Virus record (IMG/VR): IMGVR_UViG_3300009149_000012
Span: 64,001-128,000 of that record
DNA length: 64,000 nt
Direction: 5' to 3' (one strand)
From: a virus
The notes below the pieces were generated by a model. The model was given only the letters and a program-made list of their open reading frames with translations, searched no databases and was not told where the DNA came from. Positions 29,193-39,041 of the stretch are shown piece after piece. The translations under genes were made by a program, and so were the position numbers. The first letter of the stretch is position 1. Each line of letters starts with the position of its first letter.

Positions 29193-29874
29193 CTGTCATT
29201 TTCTCCTGAAGAAACGCCTGAAGCTTGTCATCTCCCCAGGCGAGCCACAAATCAGCGGGATCCTTCGCCAGCTTCCCATCTACAAGGAACGCCTCAGGAT
29301 ACCGCAAGCTCTCGATATGGAAAAGGTCTCCATGTGCACTTTTCGCCTCATCGAAACCTTTCCTCCCAGCACTGTCCCTGTCGTACAAGAACCACGCCTT
29401 GCCCACGAGTCGGTGAAGCAAGCGAGCGAATGAATTGGTCAAAGTCGCCGTCTGCGTCGCAACCGTGGCGGGTTCAGCACGTTGGCATGGAAACAAGTCA
29501 AAGGCACCCTCAACGAGCAAGACCTTCTCGCTCTCCCAGATATGAGGGGCGGCTTGTCCAAGCCCAAAGAAGGTGGGTTCCGGGAAGTCGGGGGCATGCC
29601 ACGTCATGTAGCCCTTGATCTTCTCGTGAATACTCCGGAATTGGATCCCCGTGAGGTTTCCGAGAATGTTGGTCAGGGGTAGGACGTGGGACTGCTTGAT
29701 GTCGTACCGGCGAATGAAACGACCAAGGGACGGCGGGGTATTGTCGGGAGCCCCTTCCATGTACCCAAGTCGAAATAGCTCGATTTGGTCATCCGACACC
29801 CCTCGACTCCAAAGGGCATCGAGTGCTTCCGACGTCAGGGCGTCATGCGCGCAATCGACAAACGAGTCCAACAT
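29185..29874 (-). CDS. dnaG: DnaG-type primase catalytic/Toprim core (no Zn-binding domain)
   Basis: SRG.....FRLGY, LVEGAFD, YDRDSAG, KDPAD. Confidence 0.78.
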   Translation of the reverse strand: MLDSFVDCAHDALTSEALDALWSRGVSDDQIELFRLGYMEGAPDNTPPSLGRFIRRYDIKQSHVLPLTNILGNLTGIQFRSIHEKIKGYMTWHAPDFPEPTFFGLGQAAPHIWESEKVLLVEGAFDLFPCQRAEPATVATQTATLTNSFARLLHRLVGKAWFLYDRDSAGRKGFDEAKSAHGDLFHIESLRYPEAFLVDGKLAKDPADLWLAWGDDKLQAFLQEKMTDG

Positions 29875-29885
29875 GTCCCCATGTC

Positions 29886-30404
29886 CTACACCTTGTCGCC
29901 GGACGAAAGCAATTTTCCGATGTCCACAGGGTCTTTTTTCGCTCGGCCCGTGACCCAGTGCCAGATTCGGCGCCACCACGGTACCTGAAGCTCGATTTGC
30001 CCGATGACCCACAGAAGGTTGTAGGCATGAGGCATGTGCTCCTGCACCCACTCGATCGACGTGATGTCCTGCTTGAACTGCGAGACAATCTGTTCCTGTG
30101 AGACAATCGGCGTGAAATATGGGCAACGCTCTGCGTCAATCTGATCCTCGCAGATGGTGCCACCCCACACTTCTGGATCTTCGGAGCCGTAGAGGCATAG
30201 CCCAATCGTCTTGGTGGTGCCCTCAATCCGGTTATACATGGGGTTCGAACCACCATCGACCCCCTGCTTTTGGACGTCGAGGGGTTGGCGATGGTTGTAT
30301 TTGCAGCGCTCCGGGAAACGGGCAGCCGCATCCTGGAAGCGACGGTTCAACTCCTCTTGGAACACTTCCCTGATTCGGTCCCGAACTTCATTCTCGCTTC
30401 GCAT
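29886..30404 (-). CDS. Hypothetical Cys-containing protein
   Basis: Start MRSENEVRD after a GGGG RBS; CKYNH..CLY..CED..CPYF. Confidence 0.55.
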   Translation of the reverse strand: MRSENEVRDRIREVFQEELNRRFQDAAARFPERCKYNHRQPLDVQKQGVDGGSNPMYNRIEGTTKTIGLCLYGSEDPEVWGGTICEDQIDAERCPYFTPIVSQEQIVSQFKQDITSIEWVQEHMPHAYNLLWVIGQIELQVPWWRRIWHWVTGRAKKDPVDIGKLLSSGDKV

Positions 30405-31089
30405 CTGACCCCCTTGCCAGCCGAATGGAGAGGTGTCTGGCGCCGTCCTCGACCACCTGAGAGCAATGGTAGGCTCTCTTGGCATAGGTGGCGTAGGAGC
30501 GTTGCTGCGTCACGAGAAGCACATCCAAAGCGCTGCGGTCGGCTAGCTTTCGCAAAAACTCAGCGGCGCCCTCGATATATTCCGGGGAGATGGCACCAAG
30601 CGTCTCGTCAAGAAACAGCATTGGAGCCCGACGAAGCCGTAGCAAAGTGAGGATTCGAAGAATCAGGGAGGCCACGCTTGAGGGACCACCCCCGAACGCT
30701 TCCAAGGGGTTGTCTCGGATCTCGACCCGATCCCCCTGTTGAACGACGAAAAACTCGATCGAAACCTTGTTGTACTTCGTCGAGACTTCTGCCTCGAAGC
30801 GTAGGTTCTGATCTGGGAAGATTGCCTGAAGCCCCTCAGTGACGATCGACTCGATGCTGCGCATGTGATCGACCACCAACTGATCCATGAGCGCACGGAA
30901 AAGCTCACCGACCTTGAGGAGGCGTGTCTGACGCTCTTCAAGGTCCGTGATCTCCTGCCTTTTGGCACCTAATTCCGTCGCTACGTGATCCCGAAGCGTG
31001 ATGAGACGAGTCCGGTTGGCTGACAAACGCTCGACACGCCCGGATAGATCACTCAGAGGTAGGACGGCATGTACCGAGTCAGCACACAC
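30388..31089 (-). CDS. SbcC/Rad50 C-terminal half (coiled coil, signature, Walker B)
   Basis: FGGG signature variant, LFLDETLGAIS, LLVTQ. Confidence 0.75.
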   Translation of the reverse strand: MCADSVHAVLPLSDLSGRVERLSANRTRLITLRDHVATELGAKRQEITDLEERQTRLLKVGELFRALMDQLVVDHMRSIESIVTEGLQAIFPDQNLRFEAEVSTKYNKVSIEFFVVQQGDRVEIRDNPLEAFGGGPSSVASLILRILTLLRLRRAPMLFLDETLGAISPEYIEGAAEFLRKLADRSALDVLLVTQQRSYATYAKRAYHCSQVVEDGARHLSIRLARGSDAKRE

Positions 31090-32300
31090 TTGTGTACACC
31101 GTCCTTCGTGCTGTCGGCTTCGACCTTGCCTGCGTCGTCCAAGAGGTACTCATCGATGGTCCGGAACAGGGCGGTCTCGCGCCCATCCTTCGTCACCAAA
31201 TACACCCGAAGCTCAACTTGGTGGCTGCGCATGCTGTCGACGAGCTTCATGAAGTGCTCGAAATGCACATTTGCAGCGAAACCACCCACATGACCCCCGC
31301 CTTCGCCGACGTCGGTGTTGTGGTGAGTCAGTTCAACCGGAAGGTGGCTGGTACCCTTGCTGGAGCTTGCCGCCGCATGGAACACGAGCGTCGATTTATC
31401 GAGATCGAACGTCACACGCATCTTGGTGGACTTGCCCAGGTACGGACGAACCAGGTTTAGACAGCCGAGAAGCGCTGCCCGGTCGACCATCAAAACGTAC
31501 TGGTCGTACTTGCGGTGATAGTAGGTGAACTTCGGGAAAACCTCTGCCAGATGCGTCCAGCCAAGGAAGGCGCCCGTCTCGTCCTCCAAGAACGAATAGC
31601 CCTTCCCGATCCGGAGCTTGACAGTCTTGCCGCACTTACCGAGGAACGAGATGATGCTGGGCAAGTGCTCCGAAAACAGAGCCATGTGCTTGCCCTTGAA
31701 GATATCCGTCTTGAAGTAGAAGCTGCGGGTGCCGTCCGACGTCTGAAGGAAGCCGTCGCCCTTGGCGAAATCCTTCACGTTCTTGTCGAACATCTGAGCC
31801 GTGTTCCAGGTCGACACCTCACCCGTGTACTTGGCAAGGTACGGACGCGACCCCGACAGCGCCTCGACCAGGATGGCCGTGGGGAACTCCTGCACATCGG
31901 TCGCCGCAGCGTAGTCCTTGTCCCGGGTTGAGACCATCCGAGGATCGATCGTGGATGTCTCGGCGCTGCCATGGTCGCTGCTATGGGAGACCGTGTGGCC
32001 TTCCGCCTTCGCAACCACCTCGAAGCTCAAGATATCACCCGCATGCTGCAAGGACGCTGCGAGAGCCGCTGGGAAAGTGAACGAACCTTCCCCGTCCTCT
32101 TTCTCCACATCCGACACCTTGAACGAGGCTCGTGCGACTCGCTGAACATCCGTGGAGTAGACTTCGCAAGTGTCGTCCTTGACGTTGAACAGGTACGCAA
32201 CCCCCTCCATGGAATCGCTACTCGTGATGGGGCTGGGTGTCACCACCCCCACCACAGCGGTCGCTGCCAACAGGTCGTTTTTGTGAACCTTGAACTTCAT
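31053..32300 (-). CDS. dnaN: Sliding clamp (DNA polymerase III beta-like)
   Basis: MKFKVHKNDLL start; repeated STD/TSDG motifs; FPKF; size; clamp loader genes nearby. Confidence 0.7.
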   Translation of the reverse strand: MKFKVHKNDLLAATAVVGVVTPSPITSSDSMEGVAYLFNVKDDTCEVYSTDVQRVARASFKVSDVEKEDGEGSFTFPAALAASLQHAGDILSFEVVAKAEGHTVSHSSDHGSAETSTIDPRMVSTRDKDYAAATDVQEFPTAILVEALSGSRPYLAKYTGEVSTWNTAQMFDKNVKDFAKGDGFLQTSDGTRSFYFKTDIFKGKHMALFSEHLPSIISFLGKCGKTVKLRIGKGYSFLEDETGAFLGWTHLAEVFPKFTYYHRKYDQYVLMVDRAALLGCLNLVRPYLGKSTKMRVTFDLDKSTLVFHAAASSSKGTSHLPVELTHHNTDVGEGGGHVGGFAANVHFEHFMKLVDSMRSHQVELRVYLVTKDGRETALFRTIDEYLLDDAGKVEADSTKDGVHKCVLTRYMPSYL

Positions 32301-32308
32301 CTAAATCC

Positions 32309-32608
32309 TCATTTGTCCGCTGATTCGTACGCTGCCAACGATTTCTCAACCGCCTCAAGCTCCGTTTCAAATTTGGTTAGCTCTGCAATGAGAGCCCCCT
32401 TCGCCTTCTCGACTTCCGCTGGGAGATTGGTAGGATCGTACCCAGCTTCCTTGACTTCCTTGACTAGCTGCGCCAGCGCCCCCTTCTTTTCGTCGAGTTT
32501 GCGCTGAAACTTGCCCTTGCGGTCTCGGACGTTTCGATGCCGCACGATCAAGCCTTGGATCTTCTCGCGCAACTGTTCCGGAGTCATGCTGTCACATGGA
32601 GATGTCAT
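32309..32608 (-). CDS. Small coiled-coil protein
   Basis: Heptad-rich helix-GYDP-helix. Confidence 0.55.
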   Translation of the reverse strand: MTSPCDSMTPEQLREKIQGLIVRHRNVRDRKGKFQRKLDEKKGALAQLVKEVKEAGYDPTNLPAEVEKAKGALIAELTKFETELEAVEKSLAAYESADK

Positions 32609-33416
32609 CTACACCACCTCTAGTCTTGGAACAGTTCCCCTCGTACTCGCAGAACCTACACGAGTCGCCGACCTTTGGCCTGAAGAAATGCTCGGCTGAT
32701 TCCTCATCGATCGCCGCCTGTATTCCGTCTAAAGCGGACACAATATCGGACTGAAGCTTGTCGAGATCTTCTGGATTGAAGTCGACCCAATCGATGCTTT
32801 CGTTCGGCTCGAACCGCCAATAGAGAAACCCTGCCTTGTCGGCGGTCTCGTCATGCAGGCGGAAAAGCATGGCATACCAGAAGATCTGCATGGGGTCGAT
32901 GTATTTGTGCCGCCACTTCGATCCCTTGCCATCGATGATCACAAGATCTGAGAACGGCGCGACCCGGTGGAAAATGAAGTCGGCGCGACCCCCGATCTGG
33001 TGCGGACCAACCCGCTTGTCCAGCTTCACCTCAGCGTCGGCTCGTGGACCGAGCAACTTGTGCTGTTTGACAGAACGAAGGCCACGAGGAATCGCTTCCC
33101 GCACGTCAACGAGCAACTCCTCTCGGCTGTCATAGTTCGCCCGCTTCTCATCCCAGTCGATCTTGTCACCCTTTTTCAAGCGGTTCTTGATCTCCCGGTC
33201 CGTGTAGGGCTCGACCATCGTCAGAAGCCGCTGCCGGGCATCTGGACGCCGCCAGATCTTTTTCGTGTAGAAATCTTCGAAGATCTCCCCCACGATGGAC
33301 CCGTACAGGGCGTTGACGGCGTTGTCGGCTGGTATCTTGGTCTTGTTCACATACCGATGCCAGTACGCCTCACGGCACATGAGAAAAAGCTTGAAGCCCG
33401 AGTAGGAGATGTACAA
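32592..33416 (-). CDS. PD-(D/E)XK exonuclease (RecB/AddB/Cas4-like)
   Basis: SYS..C, GRAD, IIDGK, Q..Y, C-terminal CRFCEY..C. Confidence 0.8.
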   Translation of the reverse strand: MYISYSGFKLFLMCREAYWHRYVNKTKIPADNAVNALYGSIVGEIFEDFYTKKIWRRPDARQRLLTMVEPYTDREIKNRLKKGDKIDWDEKRANYDSREELLVDVREAIPRGLRSVKQHKLLGPRADAEVKLDKRVGPHQIGGRADFIFHRVAPFSDLVIIDGKGSKWRHKYIDPMQIFWYAMLFRLHDETADKAGFLYWRFEPNESIDWVDFNPEDLDKLQSDIVSALDGIQAAIDEESAEHFFRPKVGDSCRFCEYEGNCSKTRGGVDDISM

Positions 33417-33417
33417 C

Positions 33418-34380
33418 TTAGCCCTCGCGCGCCTTTTCCAGATAGTCCAACGCCAAGCTGCGCACGTCGTCTGCGAAGTCCAGCGCCCGCACATTATCTG
33501 CAATCGCTCGTGAAGGGTCAAGCACCGTGTCGTTCTGTAAGCGCAACACGAATTGGTCGATGTTGTCTTGCTCTTGCTCTCGGCGTTGTTTGGCTTCGAT
33601 ATCGAACACTTCCGTGGCAGGCGCCACTGCAAGTGAGAAAGGCTCCATCCCCAAACCATGTTCGTCGATTCGGATGATCGCAACCTTGGGGATTCGATCG
33701 AGGTTGTCTTTGATGAGAGCCCCCCGGCTGATCGCACCCAAGTTCACGAAGTGCTTACCGTCGATGATCGTGATGCCCTGATCCTTGTGCCAGTGACCAA
33801 AGAGCCAGCAATCAGGACCGTTCTCGCTCACCATGTCGCCGTAGCGGAAAACAGTCTCGTTGAACAAGTCATCGACGTGGGAGGGTGGGTTCTCTGCCGC
33901 CAGGGCATGCACAACAGCAATCAGGATCTCGTCACCAGTCTTTTGGATGGCGAGAAGGTCTTCCAGCTTGAGCGACGTGCTGTACGGCACCCCCACCACC
34001 CGCACGACGCGCTCGCCGGGAAAGGTCACCTCCCCCAACCGTTTGAACACCCCTGAGGCGTACAGGACCCCCAAGGGCTGCCGTTCCAAGGTCTCCAGGT
34101 TGCTGTAGGCGATGTCGTGGTTGCCCGGCACCGCCCACACTGGGCATGGATACGCTGCGTGGATCTCGGCGGTCTTTGCTACGAGCGCATGACTGTTGCG
34201 GCTCGCTGCCTTGGTGTGGAAGAAATCGCCACCGTCGAGCACCGCAATCGCCTTTTCATCCCGGGCGAGCTTGCCGATCTGCTCAAGATTGCTCCAAATC
34301 TCCCCGGGATAGTCCCCCTTCCATGAGGCGGGGTTCCGGTCGCACGCATGCACGTCGGTTCGAAAGATGATGTTGGCCAT
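33418..34380 (-). CDS. sbcD: SbcD/Mre11 metallophosphoesterase nuclease
   Basis: TDVH, GGDFFH, PGNHD, FGHWH. Confidence 0.85.
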   Translation of the reverse strand: MANIIFRTDVHACDRNPASWKGDYPGEIWSNLEQIGKLARDEKAIAVLDGGDFFHTKAASRNSHALVAKTAEIHAAYPCPVWAVPGNHDIAYSNLETLERQPLGVLYASGVFKRLGEVTFPGERVVRVVGVPYSTSLKLEDLLAIQKTGDEILIAVVHALAAENPPSHVDDLFNETVFRYGDMVSENGPDCWLFGHWHKDQGITIIDGKHFVNLGAISRGALIKDNLDRIPKVAIIRIDEHGLGMEPFSLAVAPATEVFDIEAKQRREQEQDNIDQFVLRLQNDTVLDPSRAIADNVRALDFADDVRSLALDYLEKAREG

Positions 34381-34381
34381 G

Positions 34382-35446
34382 CTACTCCAGCGGTTTCATA
34401 CACGTCGGGCAGTAGCCAAGTGCGTCAAGCTCGGCCTGAGCTTCCAATTCCTGACGCTCCCCTTCTTCAAAGTCCGTCTGTGCCGTCGACACCTCTGAGT
34501 CTAACGCACTGTGCCGTCGATGTAACGCACGAACCTTTTCGAAGTCTTTGAGCGCATTGAGTAGCGCTTGGGGTTCCGGGGGCTCACCGATGGGAGGCCG
34601 AGATTTGAAGAACCGTTTGAACCGTCGAAGGGTACCAAGCCGAACGGCGATCCAATCGAACGTCTCCCAGAGCCCTTCCAACCGGGCGATGTCCGGGATC
34701 ACGATGTCACCGAGCCCCTCAAGATAGCGCAAATCCAGCGCCTTGTCCTTGATCTGGCTCGTGTACTGCTGAAGAACAGACAAGCTCCCCTGCAAACCCT
34801 GAAGCCCTTCTAGGCGCTTCTGGACGTCATCCACGGGCCTGGCGGCATCGTCCAAGCCTTCGTATGTGTCGAGCCCCTCTTGGAGCCCCTGGACGTCCTT
34901 GCGGCGCACCTTGAGCGTCGCCCTTGCGTCTCGAAGATCCTTGTCGGCCAACCGGCTCGCCACGTTGATCTGATCGAGCCGGGCCACGTCGGACAGGGTG
35001 TCCGCTACCGCTGGACCTGAGGCGTCGAGAAGGAAGATTGGCCGGAACTGATCGGCGACTTGTAGGAGAACTTGCTTGTCTGAGACACGTAAAGGAAGGA
35101 AGTCAGGCGAAAGGAAGGAAGGGGTGCCTCGTTCGACCTTGTCGTAAGTCGTTCCGTTGACGATGTAGCGATTGACCGCATCGCCCTTTTCCCACAGAAG
35201 ATCCAGCCCAGGCGCTTTGATGTGAACGGAAGCAAAGCACTTGCACTTCTTTTGGCCTACGAGCCGGGCACACGTCGCGCCATGACGCACGAAGTTGTTG
35301 CCCGCCCGACCTGTCAGGGCTGACTTGACCGCACGAATGACGGCTGTTTTGCCAATGTTACTTCGTCCAACGAGCGTGGTGAACCCGTTGATTGGGAGCA
35401 CCACATGCTCGATGGATTGGAAGTTACTGATTTCGACTTCAATCAT
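34382..35446 (-). CDS. SbcC/Rad50 N-terminal half ending at the Zn-hook
   Basis: ISNFQS, Walker A GRSNIGKT, Q-loop, coiled coil, terminal CPTC. Confidence 0.82.
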   Translation of the reverse strand: MIEVEISNFQSIEHVVLPINGFTTLVGRSNIGKTAVIRAVKSALTGRAGNNFVRHGATCARLVGQKKCKCFASVHIKAPGLDLLWEKGDAVNRYIVNGTTYDKVERGTPSFLSPDFLPLRVSDKQVLLQVADQFRPIFLLDASGPAVADTLSDVARLDQINVASRLADKDLRDARATLKVRRKDVQGLQEGLDTYEGLDDAARPVDDVQKRLEGLQGLQGSLSVLQQYTSQIKDKALDLRYLEGLGDIVIPDIARLEGLWETFDWIAVRLGTLRRFKRFFKSRPPIGEPPEPQALLNALKDFEKVRALHRRHSALDSEVSTAQTDFEEGERQELEAQAELDALGYCPTCMKPLE

Positions 35447-36686
35447 CGCCTTCGGGGTTGTCGACTTCCTCCTCCATGTCCTCTACACCGCACTGCTCCA
35501 TCATTTGGTCATCGTCGAACACGCCGACTTCCGAAAGGATTTGGTCGGTCTCCGAAAGATCCGTGATGGGCTGCGGGGCCGTAGCGAGGATGGCAGCTTC
35601 CAAATCACTCTGAACCTGCTTGAACAGGGCGGGGTCCTCCATGAGAAGCTTGCGGAGTTGCTCACGGCCACGGACCTTCACTTCGCCGATGGTGTAGTTG
35701 CCGCCGCCACCCGCCTGGATCACCTTGTGGGCCGAAGCCGCTTCGATCACCGACAGGTAGTTGTCCACCCCGTAGCCGTACCGAATGAAGATGTGACCGC
35801 CCTGTCCCTGGTTGGCGTCGACCTTGGTCTTGACGATCTTCGCCTCGACCACGTTGCCGAACGGAAGGGAAACCTTCTTTTTCGTGACTGGGTCAATCCG
35901 TTCGACCTTCTCGGAGCGGACTCGCACGAGGCGCGTCCGACCATAGGCATAGAACTTGAGCGCCTTACCACCGGCCGAATCGCTCTGAGGCCCCTTGGCG
36001 CCGCCGCCCGTGTTGATCTTGGCTCGTTCCTGGTTGATGAACACGATCGCCGTTCCCGGGTGATCCGGGTAGTTCTTCGGCGGTTCGCTGAGCCAGTGAA
36101 CCATCTTGGGAAGAACCTCGGACAGCTTGGATGCCCGAGCACCGACCTTGGCCGGGTCGTCGAGCTTCTTTTGCATTTCGGCCAGAGGCACCATGGCGGC
36201 AACCGAGTCAGCCACGACCAGGTCAATACCGGCTCGCATGCCGATAACCGCCATCTTGAAGCCCTCTTCCATGCTTTGGGGGGCGTAGTACAGAAGCTTG
36301 CTGGGATCGAAGCTCACGCCCACTTGCTTGGCGTACGCATGATGCAGGGCGTGCTCCCAGTCGAGGAACATGGCGACCCCTCCCGCTTGCTGACATGCGG
36401 CGATGGCAGCAAGCGTGAGGGTCGTCTTGCCGCTGGATTCAGGGCCGTACACCTCCCAAATCCGTTTGCGTGGGAAGCCGGGGCACAGCGGCGTGCCGGT
36501 TTCCGTCTTGGAACCTCCGATGAGGAAGTCAACGATCAAACTCCCCGTCGACACGTGTGGCAACGTATCGTACGAAGGGGTGAGGGGATCTTCTCCCGTC
36601 GCCTTCCGGATCAAGCTCATCGTCATATCGGCGATGATGGCTGACTCGGAGGTTGGTTTCGGTTCAGCCTTTTTACGTGGGGCCAT
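35439..36686 (-). CDS. recA: RecA recombinase
   Basis: STGSL, EVYGPESSGKTT, DWEHAL, DSVAAM, FINQER, GGKALKFY. Confidence 0.95.
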   Translation of the reverse strand: MAPRKKAEPKPTSESAIIADMTMSLIRKATGEDPLTPSYDTLPHVSTGSLIVDFLIGGSKTETGTPLCPGFPRKRIWEVYGPESSGKTTLTLAAIAACQQAGGVAMFLDWEHALHHAYAKQVGVSFDPSKLLYYAPQSMEEGFKMAVIGMRAGIDLVVADSVAAMVPLAEMQKKLDDPAKVGARASKLSEVLPKMVHWLSEPPKNYPDHPGTAIVFINQERAKINTGGGAKGPQSDSAGGKALKFYAYGRTRLVRVRSEKVERIDPVTKKKVSLPFGNVVEAKIVKTKVDANQGQGGHIFIRYGYGVDNYLSVIEAASAHKVIQAGGGGNYTIGEVKVRGREQLRKLLMEDPALFKQVQSDLEAAILATAPQPITDLSETDQILSEVGVFDDDQMMEQCGVEDMEEEVDNPEGDD

Positions 36687-36688
36687 GA

Positions 36689-37333
36689 CTACTCCATTAG
36701 AGAGAATTGGAAAAAGCGGTCATTTTCCCGATACATCGTTCCTTTTCGGGTGGTCATCCCCGCACGCTTACCTCTCGTGTAGGTGTGCGTTCGGGTGAAG
36801 GTGTGCGTTTCAGCCGGGGACAAGTCCTCGACCGAAAGGCATCCCTTCTGAAGCAACCAGAACCGGGCGGCGAACCGAGCAATGTGGTACGCATCCGCCA
36901 TGTTGTGGTTGAAGGGCCCCGTGATTCCGGTGTCGGCCTTGGCTGCGTCCACCATGTCGGCCTTGGTCATTTTGCCCTTGATGACTGAAGGATCAACCTT
37001 CGTGAGGGCTTTGACTGTGACCGGATCGAAGTAAACTACATCCTTGCGCCGAGAGTAGATCGCCTCGTTGGTGTACAAGAACAACCCGTAGAGCCCCTCA
37101 GACCACAACTCCCCGAAAGGGGGCGACTCGACACCCACGGCCTCGATCGCCGGGTAGGTATCGAGAAGCTCACCCACCTTTTCCCGCATGAACATGTACC
37201 GGGAAACGAAGATCTGCTTGGCGTTCGTCTTGAACATCCCACGTTCGACGACGCGTAGCGGTCCGGAGGCATCCGAGTCGTGAATACACCACCCGAAGCC
37301 CCGCAGAGACGGATCGAGCCCCAAGCAGATCAT
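36689..37333 (-). CDS. ruvC: RuvC Holliday junction resolvase
   Basis: LGLDPSLRGFG, VES, K..M, NMADA. Confidence 0.85.
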   Translation of the reverse strand: MICLGLDPSLRGFGWCIHDSDASGPLRVVERGMFKTNAKQIFVSRYMFMREKVGELLDTYPAIEAVGVESPPFGELWSEGLYGLFLYTNEAIYSRRKDVVYFDPVTVKALTKVDPSVIKGKMTKADMVDAAKADTGITGPFNHNMADAYHIARFAARFWLLQKGCLSVEDLSPAETHTFTRTHTYTRGKRAGMTTRKGTMYRENDRFFQFSLME

Positions 37334-37336
37334 GGG

Positions 37337-38191
37337 CTAGACGTTTTCGAGGATACTGTCGAAGTCGTCGCTGCCCACGTTGCCAGGTCCGTCCATGCCG
37401 AGCTTCGCCCGAAGATCCGGCGTCGACATCTCACGGAAGGGAACGATCTTCTCGTACAGTGGGAAAGCCTTCTCCAAGACCTTCGCCTTGAACGAGTCGC
37501 TGCGTGTCCACAGAGCCGGGCCGGCGCCGCTCACGTCAACGTTCTTGAATTCCTCGTTCTTGCACTCCAACAGCAAGTCCTGCGAGGCGAGGCTCACCTT
37601 GTTCTCACGCAGGCTCTTGGCAGTCTTCCAGATGCCTTCGTAGATCTTGGAACCGAAACGCCAAGGGATGACGTCCCACTTCTTGGCGAGCAGATCAGGG
37701 TCGACGGTGCCGTCCTTGTCGGTCGGGTAGATGAGCAACACGGTCGTGAAGAACTTGCGCGACTCTGGGAGTTTCTTCCAGACTTCGTCCGCTTCCGGTC
37801 CGTCGAGGCCAAGCCGGCTGATCACGTATCCGAGCCCGTCCTGGTAGTGCGCGATCAGCTTCTTGAACTGAACGGTACCAGTGTTGAGCTTCTGGATCTC
37901 GGTCATAGCATCCACGCCGACACCCAACTTCTCGGAGTAGGCTGCCATCGCCTTCGACCCGATGTCGCGCATCTCGTCCTGCGTCAACTCCCGTCCTTCC
38001 TTTTTGGCTTTCTTGACGGCCAAGCGGACAGCCGTCACGTGCACTGGGTGGAAGTACACCAGCGCCACACGGTCGATCTGCCCCTTGCGTGGGCTGTACC
38101 AGTCGGGACGGGCGTTTGAGACGCCTTCCTTGCGGTCGTCATCATCCAAGCCGATGTCGTCGAGAAAGTCGTTGTAATCGAAGTCAGGCAT
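37337..38191 (-). CDS. Probable single-stranded DNA-binding protein (T4 gp32-like)
   Basis: Acidic N- and C-termini; aromatic OB-like core; context. Confidence 0.55.
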   Translation of the reverse strand: MPDFDYNDFLDDIGLDDDDRKEGVSNARPDWYSPRKGQIDRVALVYFHPVHVTAVRLAVKKAKKEGRELTQDEMRDIGSKAMAAYSEKLGVGVDAMTEIQKLNTGTVQFKKLIAHYQDGLGYVISRLGLDGPEADEVWKKLPESRKFFTTVLLIYPTDKDGTVDPDLLAKKWDVIPWRFGSKIYEGIWKTAKSLRENKVSLASQDLLLECKNEEFKNVDVSGAGPALWTRSDSFKAKVLEKAFPLYEKIVPFREMSTPDLRAKLGMDGPGNVGSDDFDSILENV

Positions 38192-38306
38192 TGTGCGATC
38201 CTTTCGCAGTAGGGTTGCCCAAGGTCCACAAATGCTAAGCGGGTAAACCTCGGACAAGCATCCGGTTTCTTCTACACCAATAGTTTGGGGATTCTGGTAG
38301 AAATCG

Positions 38307-39038
38307 TCACAGGTTGTCGAGAATCTGGTCGTACTCGTCGTCCGTCATGGCGTCCGCAATCAGATCCTCTTCCGGCTCGTCGGCGGGGAGGCTCGACACT
38401 AGGGTCAGAACAGGCTTTTCCGGCACCTCAACGGGCACTTCAGGCGCGTTTTGCTCGGCCTCGTGCTCTTGGAACAAGCGATCGATGTCATCGCCACTGA
38501 ACCCGTCGTCGACCGCTTGCTTCGAAATCGGGAAGTTGTTCGATGTCATCGTCTCGCGCTCGTCCCCGAAGTAGGACTTGGTGTCCAACTCGTCACGAAG
38601 GAGACTCCGCTGAAGCCGGATTTCGCTCATCGTCGACTTCAACTCCCGGTGCACCATCCGCACAGCCTTATCGACGAAGTCTACGTTCTGGATTTCGGCC
38701 TTCAAAACGGAAATTCGCGCCAGGTTGTCTCGGAGCCGGACGTTGATCGACGCTTCACGGTCCTTGATGTTCGGTAGGTTCCGGATGACGACGTCGCCCT
38801 GCAAGATCTGATCGGCTTCGACGGAGAAAACGGTCTCTTCCCCTTGTAGACCCGTCGACAGGTTGTGCTTTTCCTCGTTCAACTGTTGCAGAAGGCGAGC
38901 GACGTTGTTGAGGTAATTCCGGCACGTAGCGATCAACTCGTTGAGGTACCCAGCCCCGTGCCCCCCTGGGTTTTTTACCAAGGTGATCCGGTAGCCGTCG
39001 ATCTCATCGTAGATCTCTTTGGCTCGCTTGGCATCCAT
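38307..39038 (-). CDS. Coiled-coil protein with acidic tail (possible recombination mediator)
   Basis: Long helix plus acidic C-terminus next to the SSB gene. Confidence 0.45.
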   Translation of the reverse strand: MDAKRAKEIYDEIDGYRITLVKNPGGHGAGYLNELIATCRNYLNNVARLLQQLNEEKHNLSTGLQGEETVFSVEADQILQGDVVIRNLPNIKDREASINVRLRDNLARISVLKAEIQNVDFVDKAVRMVHRELKSTMSEIRLQRSLLRDELDTKSYFGDERETMTSNNFPISKQAVDDGFSGDDIDRLFQEHEAEQNAPEVPVEVPEKPVLTLVSSLPADEPEEDLIADAMTDDEYDQILDNL

Positions 39039-39041
39039 AGG

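Noticed and set aside
27918-29618. Long plus-strand ORFs (566 aa here; also 2706-3809, 35295-36644, 42754-43995, 50455-51408, 52944-54029)
   Set aside because: Antisense shadows of well-supported minus-strand genes caused by codon bias; no recognisable motifs
32592-33416. Cas4-like nuclease as a CRISPR component
   Set aside because: No array or other cas genes; it sits in a recombination operon
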